Counted from the first letter of the stretch, positions 47,682 to 57,745 are shown. The stretch is 62,276 nt of DNA from Pelagibacteraceae bacterium AG-426-P20 (GCA_003210015.1 QCNX01000001.1:1-62276); one strand, 5' to 3'. Notes: generated by a model not told the origin, from the letters alone. Numbers and translations: made by a program.

Positions 47682-49163
47682 ATGTCAAAAATTCAAGATT
47701 TTAAAATGTATATTAATGGTGAATGGGTAGATTCATCCTCTGGAAAAAAAATTGAAACATTAAATCCTGAAAATAATGAAGTTTGGGCAACTGTTCCTGA
47801 AGCAAATGAAAAGGATGTAGATAAAGCTGTTCAATCAGCTCAAAAAGCTTTTGAAAATAATTGGTCTACACTTCATCCAAGAGAAAGAGCAAAGTATTTA
47901 AAATTAATTGCTGATCAACTAAGAGCTAATGCAGAGCATCTTGGAAAAATAGAAACCATTGATACTGGTAAACTTTATAGAGAAACGAAAACTCAAGCTA
48001 ATTATATTGCAGAATATTATGATTACTTTGCAGGTTTAGCTGACAAAGTAGAAGGAACTGTTGTCCCAATAGATAAACCAGATATGCAAGTTACAACAAC
48101 AAGAATTCCTATAGGTGTTGTGGCTGCAATTATTCCTTGGAATTCTCAAATGCTATTAACAGCTGTCAAACTTGCACCAGCTCTTGCAATGGGAAATACT
48201 GTTGTAATTAAAGCTTCTGAACTTGCACCTGTAACTCTTTTAGAGTTTGCAAAGTTAATTGATAAAGCTGGATTACCAAAAGGGGTGATTAATATAATTA
48301 CCGGTTTAGGTGAGCCTTGTGGTAAAGCTTTAACTACTCATAATCTTGTAGAGAGAATTGCATTTACAGGCGGGCCAGAAACTGCAAAACATATTGTTAA
48401 AAATTCTGCTGAAAATTTATCTCAAGTAAGTTTAGAACTTGGTGGCAAAAGTCCAGTTGTAGTATTTGATGATGCTGATCAAGAAAATGCTTTAAATGGA
48501 ATAACTGCAGGAATATTTGGAGCAAGTGGTCAAAGTTGCATTGCGGGATCTAGACTTTATTTACAATCTAGTATTTATGATGAATTTTTAAAAAAATTAA
48601 TTTCTAAAGCTGAAAAAATAAAATTAGGTGGTCCAATGGAAAAAGATACTCAAATGGGGCCATTAAATAGTTTTAAACAATTAGAAAATATAGAAAAAAA
48701 TATTAAAGCCACTATTGAACAAGGTGGAAAGATTAGATGTGGTGGAAAAAGATCTTCTGTTTCAAATAAAGGTTACTACTTTCCAGCAACAATAATTGAA
48801 TGTAAAAACCATAATCTTCCTGTTGCGGAAAACGAATTATTTGGTCCAATATTATCTGTTATGAAGTTTGATAAAGAGGATGAGGTAATAAATAAAATGA
48901 ACGATAATAAATATGGACTTTCATCTGGAGTTTATACTTCTAACTTTGCACGTGGTTTAAGAGTATCTAAAGCTATACGTGCTGGTATAGTTTTCATAAA
49001 TACTTACCGATTAATATCTCCAATGGCTCCTTTTGGTGGTATTAAAGATAGTGGTTATGGTAAAGAAGCAGGTATTGAATCTATTAAAGAATACACAAGA
49101 ATAAAGACCACATGGTACAATTCATCAGACAAACCGATGACTGATCCATTTACAATGGGTTAG
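47682..49163 (+). CDS. Aldehyde dehydrogenase, TgnC-like
   Basis: DTGKLYRET, PIDKPDM, PWNSQ, FTGGPETAKHIVKNSAENL, GQSCIAGSRL, C-terminal DPFTM; resembles TgnC as I recall it. Confidence 0.85.
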   Translation: MSKIQDFKMYINGEWVDSSSGKKIETLNPENNEVWATVPEANEKDVDKAVQSAQKAFENNWSTLHPRERAKYLKLIADQLRANAEHLGKIETIDTGKLYRETKTQANYIAEYYDYFAGLADKVEGTVVPIDKPDMQVTTTRIPIGVVAAIIPWNSQMLLTAVKLAPALAMGNTVVIKASELAPVTLLEFAKLIDKAGLPKGVINIITGLGEPCGKALTTHNLVERIAFTGGPETAKHIVKNSAENLSQVSLELGGKSPVVVFDDADQENALNGITAGIFGASGQSCIAGSRLYLQSSIYDEFLKKLISKAEKIKLGGPMEKDTQMGPLNSFKQLENIEKNIKATIEQGGKIRCGGKRSSVSNKGYYFPATIIECKNHNLPVAENELFGPILSVMKFDKEDEVINKMNDNKYGLSSGVYTSNFARGLRVSKAIRAGIVFINTYRLISPMAPFGGIKDSGYGKEAGIESIKEYTRIKTTWYNSSDKPMTDPFTMG

Positions 49164-49166
49164 AAT

Positions 49167-50024
49167 TTGCCTTTAAAACATTTATTAATTTTACTTTTTA
49201 TTGCAATGGCTCATGGGAGTGCATTTCCTTTTACCAAATTAGTATTAAATGACTCTGTTCCTCCAATTCTTATGGCATCACTAAGGATGGGATTAGTGTT
49301 GTTGATATTAATTCCTTTTTGGAAATTTAAAATACCAGAAAAGAAATACATGCCTTCATTGATAGCTTTTTCAATCTCGATGGGTGTTATGGTTTATGTA
49401 TTTATGACACTTGCACTTTACTATTCTTCTATAATCTCACCTGTAATTGTAGGTTCTCAATTAGCGATACCTTTTGGAATACTTGCTAGTGCATTCATGT
49501 TAAATGAAAACATAAGTTCAAAAAAGTGGTTTTTAATATTTTCAGCTTTTATTGGTGTATTGATAATATTTTTTGATCCTAAATTAGTAGATAATTTTTT
49601 AGGGTTATTTTTTGCAAGTTTAATGGCATTAGCTTTTGCTTTTGCTCAAGTTTTTTCAAGGCAGCTAAGAGATTTAGATATTAGTTTAACTAATGCATTC
49701 ACTGGTTTATTTGGTTTTATAATTTTGTTAATACTATCTTTTTTGATTGAGGGTGATACCATCTCAACTATTAAGTCCATAAGTCGTAATTCTTGGATCT
49801 TAATATCCTATCAGGCAATCGTTGTTTCTTTAGGAGCACACTTATTAATGTTTTATTTATATAAGTTTTATACAGTAGGCCAAATCTTTCCTTCTTATTC
49901 TCTATTTCCAATATTTGGGATAGCTTTAAGTTTTTTAATATTTGGTGAAGTTCCAACTGTTTTGTTCATATTGGGTGGTATTATCGTTATATCTTCAGTG
50001 TTTTTTCTACACAAAATTAAATAA
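49167..50024 (+). CDS. DMT/EamA-family transporter
   Basis: About 10 TM segments in two EamA repeats (PP...R motif, GE..T..GG). Confidence 0.85.
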   Translation: MPLKHLLILLFIAMAHGSAFPFTKLVLNDSVPPILMASLRMGLVLLILIPFWKFKIPEKKYMPSLIAFSISMGVMVYVFMTLALYYSSIISPVIVGSQLAIPFGILASAFMLNENISSKKWFLIFSAFIGVLIIFFDPKLVDNFLGLFFASLMALAFAFAQVFSRQLRDLDISLTNAFTGLFGFIILLILSFLIEGDTISTIKSISRNSWILISYQAIVVSLGAHLLMFYLYKFYTVGQIFPSYSLFPIFGIALSFLIFGEVPTVLFILGGIIVISSVFFLHKIK

Positions 50025-50098
50025 TTTGCTTATTGAAAATTTATTGAAATAGGCTTTAATTTATTTTTTATAAATTGTTAACAATAAGAAGGAAAATA

Positions 50099-51280
50099 AT
50101 GAAAAAACTATTTATTGCTGCATTTATATTCGTTTCTACTTTTACTACGAATACATTTGCAGAAGTTAAAATGGGGATCATTTTAGGATTTACTGGTCCT
50201 ATTGAATCTCTAACACCAGCTATGGCTGCATCTGCAGAACTTGCTTTTAAAGAAGCTTCAGACTCAGGTTCGCTATTAGGTGGAGAAACTATTTCAGTAG
50301 TAAGAGCAGATTCAACTTGTGTTGATTCAGCAGCAGCGACTGCAGCAGCTGAAGGTGTTATTTCACAAGGTGTTGCCGCTATTATGGGTGCTGACTGTTC
50401 AGGTGTAACTGGAGCTATTGCTTCAAATGTTGCTGTACCAAATGGTGTAGTAATGATTTCACCTTCTGCAACTTCGCCTGGTTTAACTACTTTAGATGAC
50501 AAAGGGTATTTCTTTAGAACTGCTCCTTCAGATGCTAGAGGTGGTCAAATCTTAGCTGATATTACTAAAGACAGAAAAGTTAAAAGTGTTGCAATAACTT
50601 ACACTAACAATGACTATGGAAAAGGTTTAGCAGATGTTTATAAAGCAGCTGTTGAGGCTCATGGTATAAAAGTAACTACTGTAACTGCTCATGAAGATGG
50701 TAAAGCAGACTACTCTTCTGAAGTAGCAACTCTTGCTTCAGCAGGTGGTGATGCAGTAGCTGTAATTGGTTACTTAGACCAAGGTGGTAAAGGAATTATC
50801 CAAGCATCTTTAGACTCTGGTGCATTTGATAAATTCATTTTGTCTGATGGTATGATCGGTCAGTCTTTAGTTGATGCATTTGGGAAAGATTTAAAAAAAT
50901 CTTTTGGTTCAATGCCTGGTTCAACTGGAAAAGGTGCTGGAGTATTTGGTAAAGTAGCAAAAGCTGCTGGTATCGATAGCTCAGGTCCTTACACAGGTGA
51001 GTCATATGATGCTGCTGCTTTAATTGTTTTAGCAATGCAAGCAGGTGGATCAGCTGATAGAGCATCAATTGCAAAAAATGTAATGGATGTTGCTAACGGT
51101 CCTGGAACAAAAATATACCCAGGTGAACTTAAAAAAGGTTTAGATTTATTAGCTAAAGGTAAAAAAGTTGACTATGAAGGTGCGACTGGTGTTGCTTTTA
51201 CTAGCGTCGGTGAAGCTGAAGGTTCTTTCTTAGAACAAGAAGTTAAAGGCGGAAAATTTAAAACTAAAAAACAAAGATAA
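50099..51280 (+). CDS. Branched-chain amino acid-type ABC solute-binding protein (LivJ/K-like)
   Basis: ATG at 50099 after AAGGA; signal peptide; GADCSG, ISPSATSP, FFRTAPSD, NNDYGKG, YDAA. Confidence 0.9.
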   Translation: MKKLFIAAFIFVSTFTTNTFAEVKMGIILGFTGPIESLTPAMAASAELAFKEASDSGSLLGGETISVVRADSTCVDSAAATAAAEGVISQGVAAIMGADCSGVTGAIASNVAVPNGVVMISPSATSPGLTTLDDKGYFFRTAPSDARGGQILADITKDRKVKSVAITYTNNDYGKGLADVYKAAVEAHGIKVTTVTAHEDGKADYSSEVATLASAGGDAVAVIGYLDQGGKGIIQASLDSGAFDKFILSDGMIGQSLVDAFGKDLKKSFGSMPGSTGKGAGVFGKVAKAAGIDSSGPYTGESYDAAALIVLAMQAGGSADRASIAKNVMDVANGPGTKIYPGELKKGLDLLAKGKKVDYEGATGVAFTSVGEAEGSFLEQEVKGGKFKTKKQR

Positions 51281-51293
51281 TATTTGTTAATAT

Positions 51294-51325
51294 AACCCTA
51301 GCGAATTCATTCGCTAGGGTTTTTT
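51294..51325 (+). terminator. Rho-independent terminator
   Basis: AACCCTAGCGAAT-TC-ATTCGCTAGGGTT followed by a T-run. Confidence 0.9.
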
Positions 51326-51327
51326 AT

Positions 51328-52089
51328 TTAAATAACATTCATTATTCTTATAATTCCAATTATTGAAACAATAATTAAAAAATAAAATACTACTTTTCTG
51401 TAAGTTTCCTCTTTACTTTTTACAAAAAATTTATCTCCAATAAATACGCCTATGGGCAATATAATGACTAATGGTATAGTTCTATAAATAGTTGTCATAT
51501 CAACAATGTTTGCAAAAAAACTTAAAATGAAAGCGTAAATATCTGTTAAAAAAAATAAGGCTGCTAGTGAGGCTCTTATAATTACTGGCTGTATGCTTGT
51601 GACTAATAAGAAAAGTGCAACTGGCATTCCTCCAAGTGTTGTTAGACCATTGAGTGTTCCTGATATAATTCCAGTAAAAAATTTTCCAGAGTTATTATTA
51701 ATATTTTGATTTGAATATCCTTGCATTAATAAAAATGAAAAAAATATTATAATTATACAAACAGATAGATGTGTTATTTCTGAGTCCAGATATTTTAGAA
51801 GAAATAGGCCTACAGGAGAACCTAATAGTATTCCAATTAAAATTTTAAAAACAAAATTCCAATCAATTTTTTTCCAAATATATGGAATCATAAAAATACT
51901 AATTAGTACCTCTAAAATTAATATGATTGGAACTATTTCAATAGCTGGAAGAATAAAAGAAAATCCAGAAATACAAGTCGCAGAAAAACCAAATCCATTA
52001 AATCCTCTGATGATAGATGCAATAAAAACTACAAGAACTACAAAAACAAATTCTATTAAGTTTAATTGAAAGTAAGATAATATATCCAT
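51328..52089 (-). CDS. TauE/SafE-family membrane exporter
   Basis: RGFNGFGF, G.ISG.LNG..TLGGMP, about 8 TM segments. Confidence 0.85.
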   Translation of the reverse strand: MDILSYFQLNLIEFVFVVLVVFIASIIRGFNGFGFSATCISGFSFILPAIEIVPIILILEVLISIFMIPYIWKKIDWNFVFKILIGILLGSPVGLFLLKYLDSEITHLSVCIIIIFFSFLLMQGYSNQNINNNSGKFFTGIISGTLNGLTTLGGMPVALFLLVTSIQPVIIRASLAALFFLTDIYAFILSFFANIVDMTTIYRTIPLVIILPIGVFIGDKFFVKSKEETYRKVVFYFLIIVSIIGIIRIMNVI

Positions 52090-52128
52090 TTATTTTTTAT
52101 TAATTCTAATCTTTTAGATTAGTGTAAT

Positions 52129-52197
52129 TTAAAACACGTATTTATCAGCCATGTACATAGCCCAAGCTATTGCAGCACCTAATATTATATATTTCAT
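52129..52197 (-). CDS. Putative 22-aa membrane micropeptide MKYIILGAAIAWAMYMADKYVF
   Basis: ATG 4 nt after the livM stop; occupies most of the 112-nt gap; hydrophobic helix; below the ORF-track cutoff. Confidence 0.55.
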   Translation of the reverse strand: MKYIILGAAIAWAMYMADKYVF

Positions 52198-52201
52198 ATA
52201 A

Positions 52202-53572
52202 TTATTTTATTTCTATTTTTTCAGGAAGTATACCCTTTGGCCTGTATCTCATAATTAATAACAGGCCTATACCCATCATTAAAAATCTAAAATATGGTAC
52301 ACTTTCAATTAAATGAATTTTTAAAAAATGAGTATCATCTAAACCAGCAGTTGTTAAATTTACTAAATACAATCCTATTGGTGCAGCTTCAATCCATAAG
52401 AACCAAACAGCAAAACCACCAAGAATTGCACCAAAATTATTTCCACTTCCTCCAACTATGACCATAACCCAGATTAAAAAAGTGTATCTCATTGGTCTAT
52501 AACTTCCTGGAGTAAATAATCCATCTTGAGTTACTAACATTGCTCCAGCAATTCCAACTATAGCTGAGCCTAAAACAAATATTAAAAGATGTTGCTTAAC
52601 AACATTTTTACCCATAGCGTTAGCTGCTTCCTCATTATCTCTAATAGCTCTCATCATTCTTCCCCATGGCGAATAAAGTGCTTTTTGAGTTAAAATCAAA
52701 AGAATGATCACAACTACTAGAAATAGTCCTGAGTAGCAAAGTTTTACAAAAACTGAAGATCCTTCAATAACAAATTGGTTTAGAGCAGCTTGTCTTTCAG
52801 CAATATCTGAAATTAAATTCAATTTACTTGAATTAAATTTTTCAACTAAATTAATAAACCAATCTGTTTGTTGTAAATTTACCTCATAAGGTGCAGGACG
52901 TTTTAATCCAATCACATTTTTAACTCCCCTTGTCAGCCAATCTTCATGTTTGATAATTGCAATTACAATTTCAGATATTAATAAAGTTGCTATCGCTAAG
53001 TAATCAGCTCTTAAACCTAGAGCAACTTTACCTATAACAAATGCCAGTCCACCAGCAAACAAAGCTCCAACTATCCAAGAAAAAATAATTGGTAGACCAA
53101 GACCACCCAAAAAACCTGTTTTTGCTGGATCTACTTCTTCAATTGCCTCAATTCCAGGCTCAGATACAAATCGTATTGTAATAATGCCCAATATGATAAT
53201 TGTAGCAATAATATAAGTTCTTATTTTAGATTTTTCATATTTCTTTAAAACATATCTAACAGCTAATACCATTCCTATAATAAGAAATAGACTAAATAAA
53301 ATATTTGAACCACCTGCACTCCAAGCTTCTTGAACTGGATTAACAGAAATTAAAACTGCTGCCAAACCACCCAAGGCTGTATATCCCATTATTCCAAAGT
53401 TAATTAAACCAGCATAGCCCCATTGAATATTGGCACCCATTGTCATGACAGCTGAAATCAAGCAAAGATTAAATATTGATAGAGCAATATTCCAAGATTG
53501 AAATATTCCTACAAGTATAATTAATCCCATCATTATACTGTAAGCTGCTATTACATTTAAATTTTTTCTCAC
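52202..53572 (-). CDS. livM: Branched-chain amino acid ABC permease LivM
   Basis: GYAGLINFG, LRADYLAIATL, SPWGRMMRAIRDNE, VIVGGSG. Confidence 0.9.
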   Translation of the reverse strand: MRKNLNVIAAYSIMMGLIILVGIFQSWNIALSIFNLCLISAVMTMGANIQWGYAGLINFGIMGYTALGGLAAVLISVNPVQEAWSAGGSNILFSLFLIIGMVLAVRYVLKKYEKSKIRTYIIATIIILGIITIRFVSEPGIEAIEEVDPAKTGFLGGLGLPIIFSWIVGALFAGGLAFVIGKVALGLRADYLAIATLLISEIVIAIIKHEDWLTRGVKNVIGLKRPAPYEVNLQQTDWFINLVEKFNSSKLNLISDIAERQAALNQFVIEGSSVFVKLCYSGLFLVVVIILLILTQKALYSPWGRMMRAIRDNEEAANAMGKNVVKQHLLIFVLGSAIVGIAGAMLVTQDGLFTPGSYRPMRYTFLIWVMVIVGGSGNNFGAILGGFAVWFLWIEAAPIGLYLVNLTTAGLDDTHFLKIHLIESVPYFRFLMMGIGLLLIMRYRPKGILPEKIEIK

Positions 53573-54579
53573 AATATTTTTCCCTTAAATATCCCTGATG
53601 GTCGATACAGTAAAACGATCACAAGTATTGAAAATGATACTGCGAATTTATAATCGGTAGATAATAACTGAACTAAGCCATCTGGTTCCATGGTTTCTGG
53701 CAAAACGTACATAAAGAATTTTCTATAAGCGTAAGTTAAGAGTATTTCTGAAAAAGCAATAACATAACCTCCTAAAAATGCACCAAATGGGTTCCCAATA
53801 CCTCCAACAATAGCAGCAGCAAATATTGGAAGCATATTATTAAAATATGTAAAAGGTTTAAAACTTTTATCCAATCCATACAAAGCTCCGCCAATTGTTG
53901 CTAGAATCCCTGCTATAATCCAAGTAATCATAACTATCTTTTTAGGATCTATTCCTGAAAGCAATGCTAAATCTTCATTGTCTGAGTATGCTCTCATACT
54001 TTTTCCTGTTTTTGTTTTATTTAAAAACCAAAAAAGAGTAGAAACTAAAGCCATTGTTACGATAATTGTAAGTACTTGAGTAGATTTAATTGCAAGACCT
54101 TCATTTAAACCTGTTATTTCTTTAAATTCTCCTGCTTTAATTATAAATTTTTCTCCATCAAAAAACCTTCTATCTGATGGACCAATTATAATTCTCACTA
54201 CAGCTTGGGTTACAAACATTACACCAATACTGACCATTGCTAATTGAACTGGAGGGCTCTTATTTACTCTGTAATATTTAAAAACAAATTTATCTATTAA
54301 AAGCATGTAACCAATCATAAATATTATTGCAAAAGGAATAGCTAAAAGAGCTGTTGGTAAAACACCTAGACTAATGCCTAAAGATTGAAAATACCAAGTG
54401 AATAGAATTGTAAACATGGTTCCAAAAGACATCATGTCTCCAGTCGCAAAGTTTGCAAATCGTAAAATTCCATAAATTAATGTAACAAAAATTGCACCGA
54501 GTGCTAATTGAGATCCATATGCCAATGCAGGAACAAAGATATAATTTAATAAGAGTATGATTGCATTTATAAAATCCAT
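53569..54579 (-). CDS. livH: Branched-chain amino acid ABC permease LivH
   Basis: LIYGILRFANFA.G, GKSMRA.SDN..LA.LSGI, FAAAIVGGIG, RPSGIF. Confidence 0.9.
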   Translation of the reverse strand: MDFINAIILLLNYIFVPALAYGSQLALGAIFVTLIYGILRFANFATGDMMSFGTMFTILFTWYFQSLGISLGVLPTALLAIPFAIIFMIGYMLLIDKFVFKYYRVNKSPPVQLAMVSIGVMFVTQAVVRIIIGPSDRRFFDGEKFIIKAGEFKEITGLNEGLAIKSTQVLTIIVTMALVSTLFWFLNKTKTGKSMRAYSDNEDLALLSGIDPKKIVMITWIIAGILATIGGALYGLDKSFKPFTYFNNMLPIFAAAIVGGIGNPFGAFLGGYVIAFSEILLTYAYRKFFMYVLPETMEPDGLVQLLSTDYKFAVSFSILVIVLLYRPSGIFKGKIL

Positions 54580-54580
54580 A

Positions 54581-55288
54581 TTAACCTCCTAAAAAAGAAC
54601 TCCTTACTCTTGGATCGTTTAATAATTCTTTCCCAGTTCCAGAATAACGATTTTCACCTGTGACTAACACATAGCCCCTGTCTGAAATATTTAATGCTTG
54701 TTTTGCATTTTGCTCTACCATCAAAATTGCAACATTTGTTCTTTTTACTTTAATTATATGATCAAATAATTCATCCATCACAATTGGTGAAACACCTGCT
54801 GTAGGTTCATCAAGCATTAAAACTGATGGTTTAATCATTAAAGCTCTTCCTAATGCAACCTGTTGTCTTTGACCTCCTGATAATTCTCCAACTAATTGAT
54901 TTCTTTTTTCCTTTAATATTGGAAATAAATCATAAATTTCATCAATAATTTTTTTATAATCATCATTAATTAAAAAAGCTCCCATTTCTAAATTTTCTTC
55001 GACGGTCATACCTGAAAAAACATTTTTAGTTTGAGGTACAAATGAAATTCCCTCTTTTACTCGATCTTGAGGTGAGAGATGTGAAATATCTTTTCCATCA
55101 ATTTTAATTGATCCTGTTTTTAAATTTAATAAACCTAGCATTGCTTTCATTGCTGTAGACTTTCCAGCTCCATTGGGTCCTAGAATTGAAACTATCTCCC
55201 CTTTTTCTACATTGACAGAACACGAATTAATAATGTCTGGACCTTTTCCATATCCTCCAGTCATGTTATTGCCCTCAAAAAATGCCAT
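54581..55288 (-). CDS. livF: ABC ATPase LivF
   Basis: GPNGAGKST, LSGGQRQ, LDEPTAG, VEQNA. Confidence 0.92.
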   Translation of the reverse strand: MAFFEGNNMTGGYGKGPDIINSCSVNVEKGEIVSILGPNGAGKSTAMKAMLGLLNLKTGSIKIDGKDISHLSPQDRVKEGISFVPQTKNVFSGMTVEENLEMGAFLINDDYKKIIDEIYDLFPILKEKRNQLVGELSGGQRQQVALGRALMIKPSVLMLDEPTAGVSPIVMDELFDHIIKVKRTNVAILMVEQNAKQALNISDRGYVLVTGENRYSGTGKELLNDPRVRSSFLGG

Positions 55289-55290
55289 TA

Positions 55291-56076
55291 TTAATTATCC
55301 TTTAGTTTTGATCCTCTGCCTAAATAACTCTCAATAACCTTTTCATCTTTTTTTGCATCTTCCACACTTCCTTCAAACAGAACCGATCCTTCCGCCATTA
55401 CAATTACTGGGTCACACAATCTTCCTATAAAATCCATATCGTGCTCAATCATACAAAAAGTGTAACCTTTTTCTTTATTAAGTTTTTCAATTGCAGTACC
55501 TAGCTCTTTAAGTAAAGTTCTATTAACACCCGCTCCTACTTCATCTAATAAAACTAATTTAGCATCAACCATCATTGTTCTTCCTAGTTCTAACAATTTT
55601 TTTTGACCCCCTGATAAATTTCCAGCTAATTCATTTTTTAAATGACTAAGATTAAGGAAATCTACCACCTCCATTGCTTTTTCTTTAATTTCCTCTTCTT
55701 CTTTAGCAACTAATGATGGTTTAAGAAAAGTATTCATTAATTTTTCCCCAGATTGATCGCCTGGCACCATCATAAGATTTTCTAAAACAGATAAATTTGT
55801 AAACTCATGAGCAATTTGAAATGTTCTTAATAAACCTTTTGAAAATAATTCATATGATGGAACATCAGTAATTTCTTCGTTATTAAAAAACACATTTCCA
55901 CCTGATGATTTTAAATTTCCTGCTATTAGATTAAATAAGGTTGTTTTACCAGATCCATTAGGTCCTATTATTCCTGTGATAGAACCTTTCTTTACTTTAA
56001 TAGAGCAATCTGAAACAGCAGCTAAACCACCAAAATATTTTGATAAATTATTAATTTCTAAGATATTTTCTGACAT
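55291..56076 (-). CDS. livG: ABC ATPase LivG
   Basis: FGGLAAV, GPNGSGKTT, RTFQ, LSGGQKKLLE, IEHDM, SYLG. Confidence 0.92.
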   Translation of the reverse strand: MSENILEINNLSKYFGGLAAVSDCSIKVKKGSITGIIGPNGSGKTTLFNLIAGNLKSSGGNVFFNNEEITDVPSYELFSKGLLRTFQIAHEFTNLSVLENLMMVPGDQSGEKLMNTFLKPSLVAKEEEEIKEKAMEVVDFLNLSHLKNELAGNLSGGQKKLLELGRTMMVDAKLVLLDEVGAGVNRTLLKELGTAIEKLNKEKGYTFCMIEHDMDFIGRLCDPVIVMAEGSVLFEGSVEDAKKDEKVIESYLGRGSKLKDN

Positions 56077-56079
56077 TAA

Positions 56080-56847
56080 TTAATTATTTAGTCTTTTATA
56101 AATACTATTTAAAGTTTTTACGACAGATTTATAAACACCTTTTTTTGACATTTCTTTTAAACCTTGCTCGTTTAATCCTTTGGGTGTTTGAGACTCTTTT
56201 ACTAAAAATTTTAAATCTTTTTTAGAATTAACAACTGCATCCTCAGATAAAGCTAAAAATAATGAAGTTATATATTTTTGTGCATCTTGTCTTTTAATAC
56301 CTTTTTTAACTAACCAATTACTCATCACTTTAATTAATTCATAATAGGATGCCATCATGCCTGATGTTGACCAAAAGTTTTTTGAAAGTTTTTCATTTTT
56401 AATTTCTATTGTTGAGCCAATTTTATCAAAAAAACTTTTTACTTCTTTGTTTGGTGGACAAATTGGGACTGGTCCTTTTTTAAGAGATATTGGTGGCAAA
56501 GGTATAGCTCTAACAATTTTTGCTTTTACTTTAACAGCCTTTTTTAATTCAGATAAAGTAATTGTAGAAATAAAACTGACTATTGTTTGATTTGGCTTAA
56601 ATCTTAAATGTTTAATTATTTTATTACCAACTTGAGGTGTTATTGATAAAAATATCCATTTGCACTTATCTATAATTTGCTGATTATTCTTAGCGATAAT
56701 AATTTTGTCTAATTTTCTTTTTAAATCTTTAGCAATTTTTCTATTTCTTGGAGAAATATATATTTTTCTAAAACTTATTTTTGATTTAGAAATACCTATA
56801 ATTACTGATGAAGCAATTTTACCTGTACCTATAAATCCAATGTTCAT
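56080..56847 (-). CDS. proC: Pyrroline-5-carboxylate reductase family protein
   Basis: IGFIGTGKIA, RAIPLP, SQTPKGLNEQG. Confidence 0.75.
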   Translation of the reverse strand: MNIGFIGTGKIASSVIIGISKSKISFRKIYISPRNRKIAKDLKRKLDKIIIAKNNQQIIDKCKWIFLSITPQVGNKIIKHLRFKPNQTIVSFISTITLSELKKAVKVKAKIVRAIPLPPISLKKGPVPICPPNKEVKSFFDKIGSTIEIKNEKLSKNFWSTSGMMASYYELIKVMSNWLVKKGIKRQDAQKYITSLFLALSEDAVVNSKKDLKFLVKESQTPKGLNEQGLKEMSKKGVYKSVVKTLNSIYKRLNN

Positions 56848-56874
56848 AAAATGACAATCATAATAAACTTAGGT

Positions 56875-56909
56875 AAAAAAAAACCCCTAATTAATATTAG
56901 GGGTTTTTT
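56875..56909. terminator. Intrinsic terminator downstream of the OMP gene (bidirectional form)
   Basis: A9-CCCCTAAT-TAAT-ATTAGGGG-T6. Confidence 0.85.
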
Positions 56910-56941
56910 AAAAAAGGTATAGTTTTAATTATTAATAATAA

Positions 56942-57622
56942 TTAAAATTGTTTTCCAACTGAAAGCGCGAATGCTGTATTGTCTAAATCAGCAGTTGCTT
57001 TCGTACTGTTAGATGTTGTAAATGAAATTGTATCGTAGTCTGTTTCTGCATAGTCAGCTTTTATAAATAATCCGCTGTCATATACATGTTTAATTCCAAC
57101 TCCGATTTTAGTTCCATCTAAGTCTACATCTTTATTAATATCTGTGTGTGTTATAGACTTTGACTTACCATTAACAGTTGCTGAAGCGAAACCTAAAGTT
57201 CCGTAAAGCATAGTGCTTGATCCAATCATATATCCAGGTTGGATATAAATTGTCATGTGATCACTTACAGTACCTTCTACTGAGTTTGTTCCAGTTGAAG
57301 CTGAGTCATCTTCATCACCAAGCTCACTTTGAGTAATTGATCTTTTGTCAATATCTGCGTCAAACGGAATATAATCTACCCCTAGAGTAATTCCAAATCT
57401 ATCACCCATGTTTGTAAATTCTGCAAAAATTGATCCAACTGCAAAATCATCAGAAACAGTTTTAGTTGCATCTATTGTTCCGTTGCTATCAACGTCCTCT
57501 TTACCGGCAGTATCTAATGTGTTATCAGAAACTGATACACCTACTGCCCAACTTCCTGCGTTTGCTATTACAGGATTCAACATAAGAGCTAATGTTGAGA
57601 ATAATAATATAATCTTTTTCAT
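56942..57622 (-). CDS. Outer-membrane beta-barrel protein (Omp25/OmpA-like)
   Basis: Signal peptide (ANA), alternating amphipathic strands, C-terminal Phe (VGKQF), SD AAGGA. Confidence 0.85.
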   Translation of the reverse strand: MKKIILLFSTLALMLNPVIANAGSWAVGVSVSDNTLDTAGKEDVDSNGTIDATKTVSDDFAVGSIFAEFTNMGDRFGITLGVDYIPFDADIDKRSITQSELGDEDDSASTGTNSVEGTVSDHMTIYIQPGYMIGSSTMLYGTLGFASATVNGKSKSITHTDINKDVDLDGTKIGVGIKHVYDSGLFIKADYAETDYDTISFTTSNSTKATADLDNTAFALSVGKQF

Positions 57623-57745
57623 ATTAATCCTTTACTATTACCTTTTTTTAAAACTCTACTTATTTTGTGAATCTATACACCAAATTTTAGGTTAATAAAG
57701 ACTCAAAAAACGTAAAATGTTCTATAAATTTATAATAATCCTAAA

